Shown here one piece after another: positions 40,247 to 53,381 of a stretch of 64,000 nucleotides of DNA. A program made the position numbers and the translations under genes. The DNA is from the human T2T-CHM13v2.0 reference genome, Homo sapiens: assembly GCF_009914755.1 (NCBI RefSeq), contig NC_060941.1; one strand, given 5' to 3'. The notes beneath the pieces are model-generated. The model did not search any database. It saw only the letters and a program-made list of their open reading frames with translations, and had not been told where the DNA came from. The first letter of the stretch is position 1. Each line of letters opens with the position of its first letter.

Positions 40247-40679
40247 CCAAGTCAGTGTTCTTAGATGTTTTGATTGGATGTGACACTTTCCTTCATTCAT
40301 TCACATATCCAAATGTTGACTACAAGAGAAGATGTATTGAGTGCAGCCTTTGCCCTCAAGGAAAGTAAAGTCTGAAAGCTAGGCTCCAAATTCACTACTT
40401 TTTAGTTATGGCATGACCCAAAGAAAGTGACATTGAGTTTGGTTTGGAAGTACAATTAAGAGAGAGTACAGACACAGGAATTAAGGGAGAGGAGGAGATA
40501 CCAAACCTATTACTCTAAAATACAATAATCTCAGGTAAAGAAAAAACAAAACAAAACAAAACAAAAAGAGTAGTAGCAGAAGATGCAGAAAAGAAAGGGA
40601 TGATTAGCATGAGGGTGAGGAACCCTCTGGGCGTTTCTCCCTCTGAGTGGCAGGAAGCTAAGCTGAACGTACTCCAAGA

Positions 40680-40789
40680 CAATGCTTCTCAAACTGGAAG
40701 GTGCATAAGAAAGAGCTGGAGCCTCGGTAAAACATCGGTTTTTCACTCATTAAATTTGGGGTGGGGCCTTGAGATCCTGAACTTTTTAA
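40680..40789. mobile_element. MER5A-like fossil, left part (continues ~41134-41187)
   Basis: CAATGCTTCTCAAACT..GTGCATAAGAA...TTTGGGGTGGGGCCTTGAGATC; resumes after the L1 with TTTTTAACAAACTCCAGGTAATGTTGATGTTGCTGG. Confidence 0.65.
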
Positions 40790-41133
40790 AAATTGATTAA
40801 AGTTTTATTTTAAGTTCACATACATGTGCAGTTTTGTTACATAGTTTTTGCTACATAGGTTAGTTTGTGTCATGGGGTTTGTTGTGCAGATTATTTCATC
40901 ACCCAGGTATTAAGCCTAGTACCCATTAGTTATTTTTCTTGATCCTCTCCCTCCTCCCACCCTCCTCCACCCTCCAGTAGCCCTCCGTACGTGTTGTTCC
41001 CCTCTGTGTGTCCACGTGTCCTCATCATTTAGCTCCCACTTATAAGTGAGAACATGCGGTATTTTGTTTTCTGTTCCTGCAATAGTTTGCCAAGAAAAAT
41101 GGCCTCCAGCACCATCTGTGTCCCTGGGACATG
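40790..41133 (-). mobile_element. L1PA (about PA14-16) 3' end
   Basis: TTTTAAGTTCA..TACATGTGCAG.TTTGTTACATAG...CAGATTATTTCATCACCCAGGTATTAAGCCTAGTACCCATTAGTTATTTTT...AGCTCCCACTTATAAGTGAGAACATGCGGTA; degenerate TSD GAGATCCTGAACTTTTTAA / GAGATTCTAAATTTTTAA. Confidence 0.9.
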
Positions 41134-41214
41134 GAGATTCTAAATTTTTAACAAACTCCAGGTAATGTTGATGTTGCTGGGATCAGGCATTCAGCAGTCA
41201 CCTGCTGAAGTTTA

Positions 41215-41221
41215 GCGTGCG

Positions 41222-41269
<48 letters not shown>
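41215..41269. repeat. (CA)~21 preceded by GCGTGCGTGCGCG
   Basis: Uninterrupted alternating purine-pyrimidine tract. Confidence 0.97.
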
Positions 41270-41272
<3 letters not shown>

Positions 41273-41721
41273 CCTCATAAGCTTTCATTCTTTCAAGGAC
41301 TGGTTTACTCTGTATCTTTTTGCTCTTTTTCCTGACTTCCTTTATTTTTAGCCTGACTTTTCTGAGGTTCAAACAGTCACTGATGTGTTCTGTGATATTG
41401 AAAACTTATGTCAATTTCTTTGATTAGTTGACAAATACTGGTTCTTATCATTTAATCAGTGGATCCTCCAAGCATTTATTGAGCTCCCGGGGAGTTACTG
41501 GTGTGGGTACAAGGCATTGTTGGGGACACAATAGAATTCTAAGGTATGAGCTCTACCTTCAAGGAACTAACTATGAACTTAAAGAGAAAGGACAGACATG
41601 CATAGCATATAGGTTATAACAAAATGTTTAAAATGAGGGGTTCAACCAGTTGCATTGAAGATCTTCAGAAGAAGAGGAAGCGAATAAATCTGAGACATCC
41701 AGGAAAAAGAGTATCCTTCGA

Positions 41722-41740
41722 TGGCGCCCTCTGGCTGTAG
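41722..41740 (-). promoter_or_regulatory. Candidate CTCF site
   Basis: Minus strand CTACAGCCAGAGGGCGCCA vs core CC(A/G)(C/G)(C/T)AG(A/G)(G/T)GGC(G/A)C, one mismatch; CpG retained. Confidence 0.55.
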
Positions 41741-42681
41741 CTCTGCTAAAATATTACAGAAAACTCTGCTAGCTTGACCAACTAACTTTCTTTGAGAAGC
41801 TTGGATGGATTTTTTCCCCCTAATTGTTCTGAGAACATAAAAAAAAAAGGATTTTAAAAGAATCATCAAAATAAAGCCATTGGATATCTTATTGGGCAAC
41901 CGGAGAGAGAGGATGAAGTATAGCCACCAGACTTTCCCCCATTTGTGCACGTCTCTCAGCCACAGCAAGTGTGAACAAAAGGAAATTCTATTAAGCAGCT
42001 CCCTAAGATTGAGCTCCAGACACATAAGTAGCTCCTTGGTGTGTTCCTTTGGCCTGTCATACAATTCATTAGGCCACAGTTGTTTATTTTGAGACATTTA
42101 ACTAGAGACCTTCTTGAGAGAGGCCTACCCTTGTGGTTTGTCCTGATCTTTCTCTAAGTGTGGGAACCTTTGTCTAATTGGATTGACTGGAAGTGTAATG
42201 ATCATGGCGTGAGTTCTGTAAGCAGCACATAAACCATGGACATTCACATGGAAATGAGGTTAATTACACAGCATAGATGCATCTAATGATTGCACCTGCA
42301 GTGCCACAACAACCTCCCTTTAACTCAGTTTCACAAACAATTACAAAGAGCAGCTGCATTCGTTTCCACAGTTAGAGTTTAAAAATCTGTAATGATCCCC
42401 AACAGAATAGAGGTGCAGGGGGTGAGAGTGAGGAAGGAGAGGATTCTTCCGGTTCAGATGTCCGTCCCCAGCCACCTGCTGATTGTGCTAATCCCGGGAG
42501 CCTTGGGCACAGACATGGAGCCACAATAAGCTATTGCCAGTCCTGGTGTTTGGCTTCCCCCTCACCCCCCTTCTGGCTTAGAGTTTCTCATCTGTCAAGA
42601 TTCATTAACATGGTGATGAAGATTTATGAAGGGCAAGGTCAGCAAAACTGCAGACTACAAGATCACTGTGAGTACCCAAAT

Positions 42682-43273
42682 TGTATTAGTCAGGGCTCTC
42701 CAGAGAAACAGAGCCAGAAGGAAGTTTGTGTGTGTGTATGTATTATATATATGTATATATACAGATATATACATATATATATATATATACACACACAGAT
42801 ATATATATATATAAATATATGTATGTATACAGAAAGATTCATTATAAGGAATTTGCTCATGTGATTACAGAGGCTGACAAGTCCTAAGATCTGCAGGCAG
42901 CAGACTGGAGACTCGGGAGAACTGATGGTGTAGTTCCAGATCAAAGGCCAGCAGGCTCGAGACTGAGGAAGAGCCATTATTTCAACTGGAATCCCAAGGC
43001 AGGAAAAAACTAATGACCCAGCTTGAAGGCAGTCAGGTAGGAGGAATTCTCTCTTCTTTAGGGAAAGGTCCACTTTTTTGTGCTATTCAGGTCTTCCACT
43101 GATTGGATGAGACCCACCTACCTTAGGGAGGACAATCGGCCTTACTCAGTCTATCAATTTAATTGTTACACTTGTCCAAAAACACCTTCACAGAAAGACT
43201 CAGAACAATGTTTGATCAGTTACCTGGGCTCCTCATAGACCAGTCAAGTTGACACATAAAATTAACCATCACA
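42682..43273 (-). mobile_element. MLT2 (MLT2B/C-like) ERVL solo LTR with internal TA/TG expansion
   Basis: TGTATTAGTCAGGGCTCTCCAGAGAAACAGA at one end, CCAGTCAAGTTGACACATAAAATTAACCATCACA at the other; simple repeat 42727-42830. Confidence 0.9.
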
Positions 43274-43477
43274 GAAACCAGTCCGCAAATCTCAGAAGGA
43301 TTTCTTGGGAGCAGTGCTACTGAGGGAAGCTCAAAAGATTGTTTCTGATCCTTTCATCTACCATTCTCCATCACCAAATTGACGAAACTCTCTGTCTTAT
43401 TTTTCTCCAATTTCTTTTTGTTCTCATCTTTATTTCTATTTTCCTGTCCACATGCCTGTCATTATCCCCATAGACGC

Positions 43478-43825
43478 TGATAGGATTTGGCTGTGTCCCC
43501 ATCCCAATCTCATCTTGAATTGTAGCTCCCATAATTCCCACGTGTTATGAGAGGGACCTGGTGGGAGATCATTGAATCATGGGGGCAGTTTCCCCAATAT
43601 TGTTCTCGCGGTAGTGGGCACGTCTCACGAGATCCGATGATTTTACAAGGGGTTTCCCCTTTCACTTGACTCTCATTCTTTCTTGTGTGCTACCATGTAA
43701 GATATGCCTTTCCTTGTGAGGCCTCCCCAGCCACGTGGAACTGTGAGTCCATTAAACCTCTTTTTCTTTATAAATGACCCAGTCTCAGGTATGTCTTTAT
43801 CTAAAGCGTGAAAACGGACTATACA
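43478..43825 (+). mobile_element. THE1 (THE1C-like) MaLR solo LTR
   Basis: TGATAGGATTTGGCTGTGTCCCCA.CC.AATCTCATCTTGAATTGTAGCTCCCATAATTCCCACGTG...GTGAGTCCATTAAACCTCTTT...GTGAAAACGGACTATACA; 5-bp TSD GACGC/GACAC. Confidence 0.93.
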
Positions 43826-45828
43826 GACACATTTTAAAAATAGCAGGAGGATACTACACCACAACGGGGGCTGACTCCCATCCTTAAATGTAACTAAGGC
43901 TTTGCATAGACAAACATAGCTAGCATGTCCCTTTCTGATGCGTATTTGGCTCTCAGAGTCAGGAAGCTCGGTGTTATGTCAGTGATGTTGGTTGTATAAA
44001 CCATGGACACTCATTTCTACCTTCAAAACTGTTGGGCTTTTAGAAACATTGTATCACCCACGTAAAAATATTAGTCTCATTACTTTATAGTTGCAACTCG
44101 TTTTGGGATCCAAATGGCATTCCCCAACTGTAAAAGGTAATTGACTGCCGCCAAAGTCAAATCTGCCCTCAAATATTTAAACATTTAAGGAATGTGCTTC
44201 AGGCTCTAAGAGCAATTCTGAAAAAAAGGAGGTCCAAATGCTTATGAAAAATTGTATAAACTTTGAAAGGGACCAAGTCGAAGGTGAGAACAACCATGGG
44301 GGAGTGTACCTTTTTATATTTATTAAAATAACAAGATTTATTTACCTTTTAGTCCCATCTCATATTTCTTTTCATATCCTATTCTCCCTAAAAGACAAAA
44401 GGGACTCACGAACTAAGCACAACCATTAGTAGTCATCTACAAGACAGCCACAAATTATGTTTCTCCCTGCTCTGATCACTCTGGTCAACATTAAACTAGC
44501 TGCCGACGGATGAGAGACAGGAGGCGTGGAACTAAGTTTATCTCAGAGAAAAGACATCTATCCTCCACTGATCATCTCTGTAGGTCTCCACACATCAAGC
44601 TCTGCTTAAGGAAGCTACACAAGACCTTTGCCCTTGTATGGGCGAGGAAGATGGGGTACAAGGGTCGGGGGCATTGTTCATGAAGGAAGGTAAGTGATAG
44701 TTTCCTGCTCACCCCTTCGTTTTAGGGGTCAATCTCATATGTAGACGGCAAATGAAGTTTTTTCCAAGTCTGAAGTAAACAAACAGAGATGAGAGGTACC
44801 AGTGAACTTTTGTAAACAGACTAACTCCCTATTGCTTTGACTGTACGCATAACCTGATTTGATAAAATGCTGAAAAGAACACACTCTATCTTCCTTTTGC
44901 CTCTATCCAGAATAGACAAATTGGGGTGTTTTGAAAATGTTCATGCCTGGCCTTGTTACTCATAGCTTTACCTTCTCAGAGGTTAATGACAAAGTGATGT
45001 TCAGGCCAGTGACTCTGACCTCAAAATATGTTGCCATCATTAATAATGATTTGCAAAGAGTAGAACATCACAATTCGTGATGGAAGGCGTGATACAGGCA
45101 CTTAGGTAAAGTGTACTCAGGGTGGAAAAACCTAGACTTGACTAATTACTGGCAAAGAGATGCTAGGAACTTGTCCATCTTTACTCATACAGTGGCACCC
45201 AACTGATTTCTGCCAAGCTGTGTGTTGCCCGAATTTGATCCCTGGTGATGCTAAAACACATAATACCTAAATACCTTCTGTTATCACTGGTGTCTCTAGA
45301 ATCATGTTCCCTGAATGTATAAAAATCATTTCTACTCGAGACAACTTAAAAACCACATCGTAACTGGGACGTTTGGAATACAATACTTGCAGGAATGTAA
45401 TATAGTTTTAGCACTTAAGGGAAACACGCACGTACTTTAAAAGGCCACCATTGGTTTAATCTGGATTTTCAAAAAACAGTTCATCCAAACAAGAGTTCTG
45501 TTTATACTTGGGGAGGCTCATTTGGCTTGTTCTGTTTTGCAAAGCACAGTGTTTCTGTAATATGCTTTGGTGGCATCATTTCAAATCAAAACAAGGAAAG
45601 GGGTTCTCAAAAATAAAACCAGAGGCCAGCCAAATACGGATTTGCTAAGTCAATTGGTTGTTTGCTTATTTATATTACACTTCTTTTTTCTCCCTCCTTT
45701 GGGAATCTGTATTAAAACACAAAACACACACACATACACACACACACCAATCTAGGCAGAGATTAGAACAGAAAGGAGCACCATGTCCTCTGGTTCTGGC
45801 TTCTGTGTTAATTTGAAAAAAGAGGTTT

Positions 45829-45830
<2 letters not shown>

Positions 45831-45872
<42 letters not shown>

Positions 45873-45878
45873 ATCTAT
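45831..45878. repeat. (ATCT)10 tetranucleotide STR
   Basis: Pure ATCT run plus partial unit. Confidence 0.97.
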
Positions 45879-46414
45879 GCATGATTTTTATAGTTACAAA
45901 TGAAAGTGGATAGATAGATGCTGGGTGAACATTTTAAGATGTAAAACAAAGATACTTTCACCAAGTCCCACCTGTTCAAACATGCGATCATTTTTTTTCC
46001 TTAGGGGAAAACCTCTGAAGCTGGTTTGCAATTGTTAAGCTAATCTGTAGCCTAGGGGAGAATAAAGCCACCAAAACCTTATAGAAATGAAGGAAATTAC
46101 ACAGAAATGCCCACCCCCAGATTTAACGTTCCACTTCCATGTGGTTTTGGAACACATGAGAAGTTTTAGTTGTACTTGGAAAGAAAAAAAAACACACACA
46201 CCAACAACATTTGGAAGAAACATTGCTGTAAATATAGAGATCCTCTCAGTAGTGGGGGATGCCACTTATTCAGGTTGGCAGTAGCTGTGTTTTATTTAAA
46301 ATATTTTTTCGCTTTACCAGATACTGGAAAAAAAAAAAAAAAACCACACACACACAAAAGTGTATATCTCAGGCTGAGGATACCTGTAAGATGAGGATGT
46401 TCATGAAACATGTT

Positions 46415-46750
46415 CAAGTTCATTCATTTATCTATTTGACAATGATCTATGGACCACCTACTATGTACCAAGTCTTGGATAACAGAAGTGGTCAAGGTAG
46501 ATGATGTCCATCTGCTCTTAGAACTCACATTCTAGAAGGCGCTTGCAGAAAATAAATATATTAACATATAGGCAAGACAATCCCAGATAGTAATATATTT
46601 TATTAATAGAATGAAACAGAGCAATGTAATACAGGAGGGAGACTAACTGAGGAGTGTAAGTGGCTGTTTTAGATCAAGTGGCCAGAGAAGGTCTCCCTGA
46701 GGAGATAGCATTTGACCTGAGACCTAAGTGCAAGCAAGATGAAGCCACCC
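46415..46750 (-). mobile_element. L2 3' end, antisense
   Basis: TTCATTCATTTA..TTTGACAA..ACCTACTATGTACCA...CTGCTCTTAGAACTCACATTCTAG...CAGAGAAGGTCTCCCTGAGGAGATAGCATTTGACCTGAGACCT. Confidence 0.75.
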
Positions 46751-46973
46751 AAGCTAATAACCTGCCAAGTGTCTGCTTGACGTAGGTTTAATTTCCCATT
46801 GCCTAACCCAATTTAAATCTCTGTCCTGTCGTTCCACCTCTTAATGGTCCAACAATCACATATCCTTCAACCTTATCCTCCACTCTGCTTCTTTAAAATT
46901 TCTCAGCTCCAATCCTAACTAGGGTTATTTGTTCATGGCCTTATGGTTTGCTTATAGAGATCTAACTCAATGA

Positions 46974-47300
<327 letters not shown>

Positions 47301-47678
47301 CTGCTCCACCCCATTTTTTAACGTCCAAACTCTCCCATCCTTCAAGAATCTTTGTAAATGGCACCTTCTCCATGGAGCTTTTTCCAAAACCACTTCAGTA
47401 ATGTCCCTTTCCTTGAATTCCCATCCCAATATGAATATAACTTTTTCATCTCATTTTGTAATTTCTTCTTCTCCTGGTACCCTAGTTATTTATGCATGAC
47501 ACCTGTTTCCCCCACTTGAGTGTAAACCCTTTGAGAACAGCTCTTTTTGTCTTAACCATTAGTATTTCTTCCAGTTCCTTACTGAAAGTATTCCCCAATC
47601 CTCTATAAACACCTATGGCATAACCAAAGAATGAAAGCTAATCTATAAACACAAAACAAAAAAAAAGGTGAGGGTTTT

Positions 47679-47680
<2 letters not shown>

Positions 47681-47720
<40 letters not shown>
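47681..47720. repeat. (GT)20 microsatellite
   Basis: Pure run. Confidence 0.98.
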
Positions 47721-47722
<2 letters not shown>

Positions 47723-48974
47723 AATTATCATTATTGTATAATCACAGTTTAAAAGGAATCATTTTCTGCTTCCTTTTTATTATATTTGCCTTCTTCACTC
47801 AATGTTTGGGTCAATCAATTGGCATTCAGTGTTAATGTGGCCAAGTTTTCTGTTTGGTGCTGAAAAGAACAACTTTGCCTGTGAGAGAGGAAATGATTTC
47901 CAGCCATAACTCCAGCTAGGTACTTACCAGGTGGTCTATTTCTACTCATGGAGGAGGTTGAAACACATATCCTATTTACCAAAGTCAAAAGCAGCATCTT
48001 TATAGGGAAATAACAATAATATGTGTCTTGGTTTGCTTGACTTCTCATTGATAACCTTGCTGAAGAAGATTCTTAAGTTATGTTCCCATTCATTATCTAC
48101 ATTTCTTAACATGATGTAAAGTCATAGAAAATAAAAACAAAAGGTACCTGAGGGATCTTTTTGAAGATGAATTTGAAGCTTGGAGAGATAAGATGATTAG
48201 CTCAGGGTTTCATCAATAGATCCAAGACTAGCAACCAAGACTCCCAACTCTAAACACAGCATGTTTTGATACCACATTGCCTTGTTCTCCACCATATAAT
48301 AATTTTAAATGGGAAGAGTTTTCATTTTTTCTGTCATACTATCATTTAAGAATTTTAGACAAATTGTTTCTGGGGGAAAAACAATCCCTTAATTACTATA
48401 ATATGCAAATAGAAAAAATCCTTAAAAAAATGAAACAAAAACCCTACTGATGAAGTGTCATACCAGTTGCATCATTTCTGGCTCTGGGCCACCCAAAACA
48501 GAGCAGGTAGGTAGTGTTTATCTCCTTATGTTTCAAAATAACTGACTTTCAGGAAGAACTGAAACTGAAATTGTTCCCAACATCACTCAAAGGGAACTGG
48601 GTGCAACGAGGCGCTACGGGAAAGTGAAAAGAAAGAAAGAAAGGAAAAATCCACATTGATGCATAGTGTAGCCAGGAGTAGAACATTGATCTGGAGGACT
48701 TGCCTGTTCCAGCAATAACAAGAGTTGACATTTGTTACATGTTGATTACACGGTATTGTCTTTTGGAGGTTAAATCAATCAGAAATTTCCTGTACAGCTA
48801 ATAAAATTGGAACCCATCTGTGGTTTGCCAAGTCACGTTAGACATTGTCTCAGGACACAGTAAGAATACTTGGGCTTTAATATGTTCTGGGCAGAAGAAA
48901 TAAGAAACCACTTCTTTAATTGAGTTAGAGTTGTTAGTGCTGTCTTCTAGTAAAGTGTTCGATGTAATAAAAAG

Positions 48975-49195
48975 TATTATTATAACTCCCATTTATTGAA
49001 AGCGTATTGTGTAGCAGGTACTTTTCTAAACACTTCACTATAGAATCTTAGTTTCTTGAAACTAAACCTGATGCAGTAAGTGTTATTATCTCCATTTTAA
49101 AGAAGCAGAAACTAGATTTCAGAGAGGTTAATCAAGTTTCTGAGGTCACACAGCTAGTAAACGCTGTATTTGGAACTTGAACTCAAATATCAAAA
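48975..49195 (-). mobile_element. MIR (MIRb-like), antisense
   Basis: CATTTATTGA..GC.TA.TGTG..CAGG.AC...TATTATCTCCATTTTA.AGA.G.AGAAACT....TCAGAGAGGTTAA..AA.TT..TGAGGTCACACAGCTAGTAA. Confidence 0.8.
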
Positions 49196-51302
49196 TCCCA
49201 GCTTGTATCCAATAAACTCCAGTGTATGTAGTAAGTGTTCGCCTAATACATGATTCAACTGAACACTAGTAAGACTTATTTGAAAAGCAAAATCTTGTAG
49301 TATCCACTAAAAATGTTTATTTAATTGGACTATTTTGTTTTATAAAAAAGTTCTTTTAAGGAGTAAAATTGTTTTGAATGTTTAAACCAAGTACCTCCTA
49401 AAACATTTGGCTGTTTTCTATTTTGAAATAATTCTCAGGCAATGGATACCATGTGACAGATTAGATGAGCCTCAAGGATTTTAACTACATTTAACTCAGT
49501 GCTAAGACTAGTTTGAATAAAATAACCAGCAAATGAATAACTCATTTTAAGTTGATTCCTATTTATATCGGCTTTCAAGGACTATCACATGAAAACCAAT
49601 TCAGAGCTTCACAGATTCATATTTTTAACGATTTTAAAATGCAACTCTTTCAAGAAGTTTCTGCTGATTCCTTGTACCAAAGGCCATGCTTCTTCACTGT
49701 TAGGTTATCCAGCCTCAGTGTATTCAGTTTGAACCACATTTATATTCACATTTGAGTTACTACTTTGGGAATGCATTTTATACAGGTAGATTTTGTGGGG
49801 TTTTTTTTTTTTTTTTTTTGGTGGGTGGATAAGATTTTTCCCTCAATTTGCTTAAAACCCATTTCTAAACTTCATTCAATCTCAGATGTCATTGATTTGT
49901 TAAAACATATCATTAATTAATTTCGGACTAAAACTTTTTTTAAAGGCCAACAACCAATTTATTGAACAATGTTTCATAACCACTTGAACTATTAGACTTA
50001 TTCCATTTCTACAGATGTTAAAATGTAAAAATTAAGTACATTCTAGAACCCATGAAATATATTTACATATTTTTTTCTGACACTTGTAGGTACTGAATTC
50101 ATATTTGGATTAGCTAACTGGTTATGGTGGGACTAGAAAATGTTTAATGCCGCTGGATTAAAAAAATTCTATACCACTTTAATCAATAAGCTGATTATGA
50201 AGGTGGAAATATGTGGCATGTTTTCAGAACATAGAATTGTTTTTATTTTCCAAAAGTGAGGCTACGAAGGTTCTTGTCAGCTCTGTTCATTCTGCTGACT
50301 ACCTCAGTTAAACAGCAGGTCAAATTGCCCAATAAACTTATAGAATTTTTGTCTTTACTTCATTTTATTTACTTATGTTTATTTTACATTTTCAAGGCTT
50401 CTAATGCTAATCAGGCCTTAGAAATCAGTGGAAATGCTCTATGAAATAATTGTCTCATAGCTACAAAAGCTAACTGTCCCATTTTGGTAAGATCAGCCAA
50501 ATTAGTTTGCTTCCTTTTCACACCCTGGTGTCCTCAAGAAATTCTTGTAGAGGAGACATATTGACATATTGCCAACTCCTTCTCATATTTTGTAGATCTG
50601 GTCCCCCTATGAATCAGCCACAACTCACTTTCTTAAATTTCCTTAAGGCCCATACTGGCTTGGCCCATTTTGCCTCCCGTGTGAGAATTAGCTTCTAGCT
50701 ATCCTAGTGCTGTAGAGGCCCTTTAATTGGCTGCCTGATAAATGACACACTGTATTCTTTTTATTGGGATAATTCCCAGGCAACTGATTGGATACAGAGA
50801 AATGACAGTTACCGGAGGATTGCTGGCTGGGCTGCAGTCTTGCTTATTAACCAACACAGGTGGGACTGGTATTTGTCAGCCTGAATTTCCTTCTGCATTT
50901 GTCTTTGTTACTGTAAGGCAGACCTCTGGCTCACATCAAGATGTTGGAAGTGAATTCTTACATATGTACTCAGCCTGAAATTTGACTTTCCTCTGAGGCC
51001 ATGTCAATACGGTCAATACAAAGGAGAGAATTCAGCAACTTATCCAAAGGACTCAAGGCCCCAAGACTGGGAATGGAGGAAAATTAAGTTTAGAACAATG
51101 AAGAGAGACGATTTAATTATGTAAGTTTTCAGATATCTAGGCATATGTAAATTCCAAGGTCAAAGCAACTTCTCGGGAGAATTGTGTCCCTACCCTAGAC
51201 AATGCTGCAGAATTAGTCCCATCTTTATGTTTCCTTTAATGTCACGTGAGTGGAAAGAATGGTTTCTTCTTCCTATAAGGAAAGTAGAAATTGCTTAGCT
51301 AG

Positions 51303-51672
<370 letters not shown>

Positions 51673-52491
51673 CCCTATTTCTAAGCATGAAATAATTTGA
51701 AAGATTATATTGCTGTACATGATGCACCATTCTTAGACTTTTTTTCCAAGCCTATCATATGCAGTTTGCCTCCAGCAATTGACAACATCAGTTTTACATG
51801 CAGGCATGGACAGCTACAATTTGGCAGGAAGGTTGAAGTGACCTTTTATATTTTTTTCTCATTGGAAGGGGGTCAACTTTGAGCTACATCTATAGTTCCC
51901 TTTAAACCATGCACCGTGTGGGCTGGCCTTGACGGGATCTGAGCCAGCCCAATGTAACATCTTCCATTAATGCGCCTAACTACTCTGGGGTCTTCCTCCT
52001 GTTCTGTGTGTCATAATAACACACCATGCCTCCAGCACCTTGTCAAATGTTCTTTCCTAATTTAGAAGTGTTTTATCATTCCAGGGAGGCAAAAAATTAT
52101 TGTGAGAACGAATGTTAAATTATACATTCAAGAAAACATATTCCTAAGGAAAACCAGGGAATGGGCCAAATTTGACTGAAGCCCACTCAAAAATATTTTT
52201 GTGCTTCAGTTACTCTTTCTTCCAACACTTAATTTTTTCCATTTCTCCAGAATGCCCCTGATTTTATTTAACTAGTCAGAATTTTTAAATTGTAGCACCT
52301 TGTCTGGGCTGCTGTCTTTCAATGTTACTTAAGCTGCAAAATTCTTTCCTTGTTGCTTCTTTGTCTCATCTGACTCTCCCTCTAATCAGATTTCAAATTA
52401 CTTTACAGCATAGAGGTAGAACAGCAATCTGATTAATTAATCTATTATGTTACATTAAAATGATAATTCATGAGTTGGATCATGTTATTTC

Positions 52492-52809
<318 letters not shown>

Positions 52810-53348
52810 AGTTCATGTTATTTCATTTCCTCATCTTTCTGAAATCATTTTATTTCCTCTATTCTATTTAATTTTTCCAGCCATCATAAATGTTAATTCA
52901 AATTTTCTTTTCCCTGACCCTCCCACCCACCCCAGCACACTGTGAGCTCCCACTTCCTGCTCTATTTTATCCTGTCACAAATTTGTAGTACTTTAATTAA
53001 GTGGTGCTACCAACTTTATACTTAATGCTCTTCTCTTTTACATGATTTTTTTCTCTCCAACTATTACAAATTATGTTATACCTTCTTGGAAGACAGAGGT
53101 TATAGTAGTTAGTAAGAGCATAAGAAAAAGAGAAAGACCAATGATCTAATGTTTTCTCTACTATTTACTGACTGTGTGATTCTGAATATGTTTGTCTTTT
53201 CAGAATTGCTTTCACATTCTCTAAAAAATGGGAATAATAAAACACCTCTTAGGTGGTATAGTGAGTAACTACATAAGGCACTAAATAGAATTTCCTTAGT
53301 CTACAGCCTGACATGTACCCTGTGCAGTAAGTATGAACTCCCTTACAG

Positions 53349-53381
53349 TAGGTGGGTGCAAAAGTAATTGTGGTTTTTGCC
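53349..53381. mobile_element. MADE1 half-element
   Basis: TAGGTGGGTGCAAAAGTAATTGTGGTTTTTGCC matches one MADE1 arm. Confidence 0.7.

Noticed and set aside
41642-42097. Longest ORF in the track (151 aa, minus strand)
   Set aside because: No recognisable domain or splice context; this length can arise by chance in 64 kb.
39555-43073. ORFs rich in CVCV, YIYI or THTH (also 6658-6891)
   Set aside because: Open only because dinucleotide microsatellites lack stop codons.
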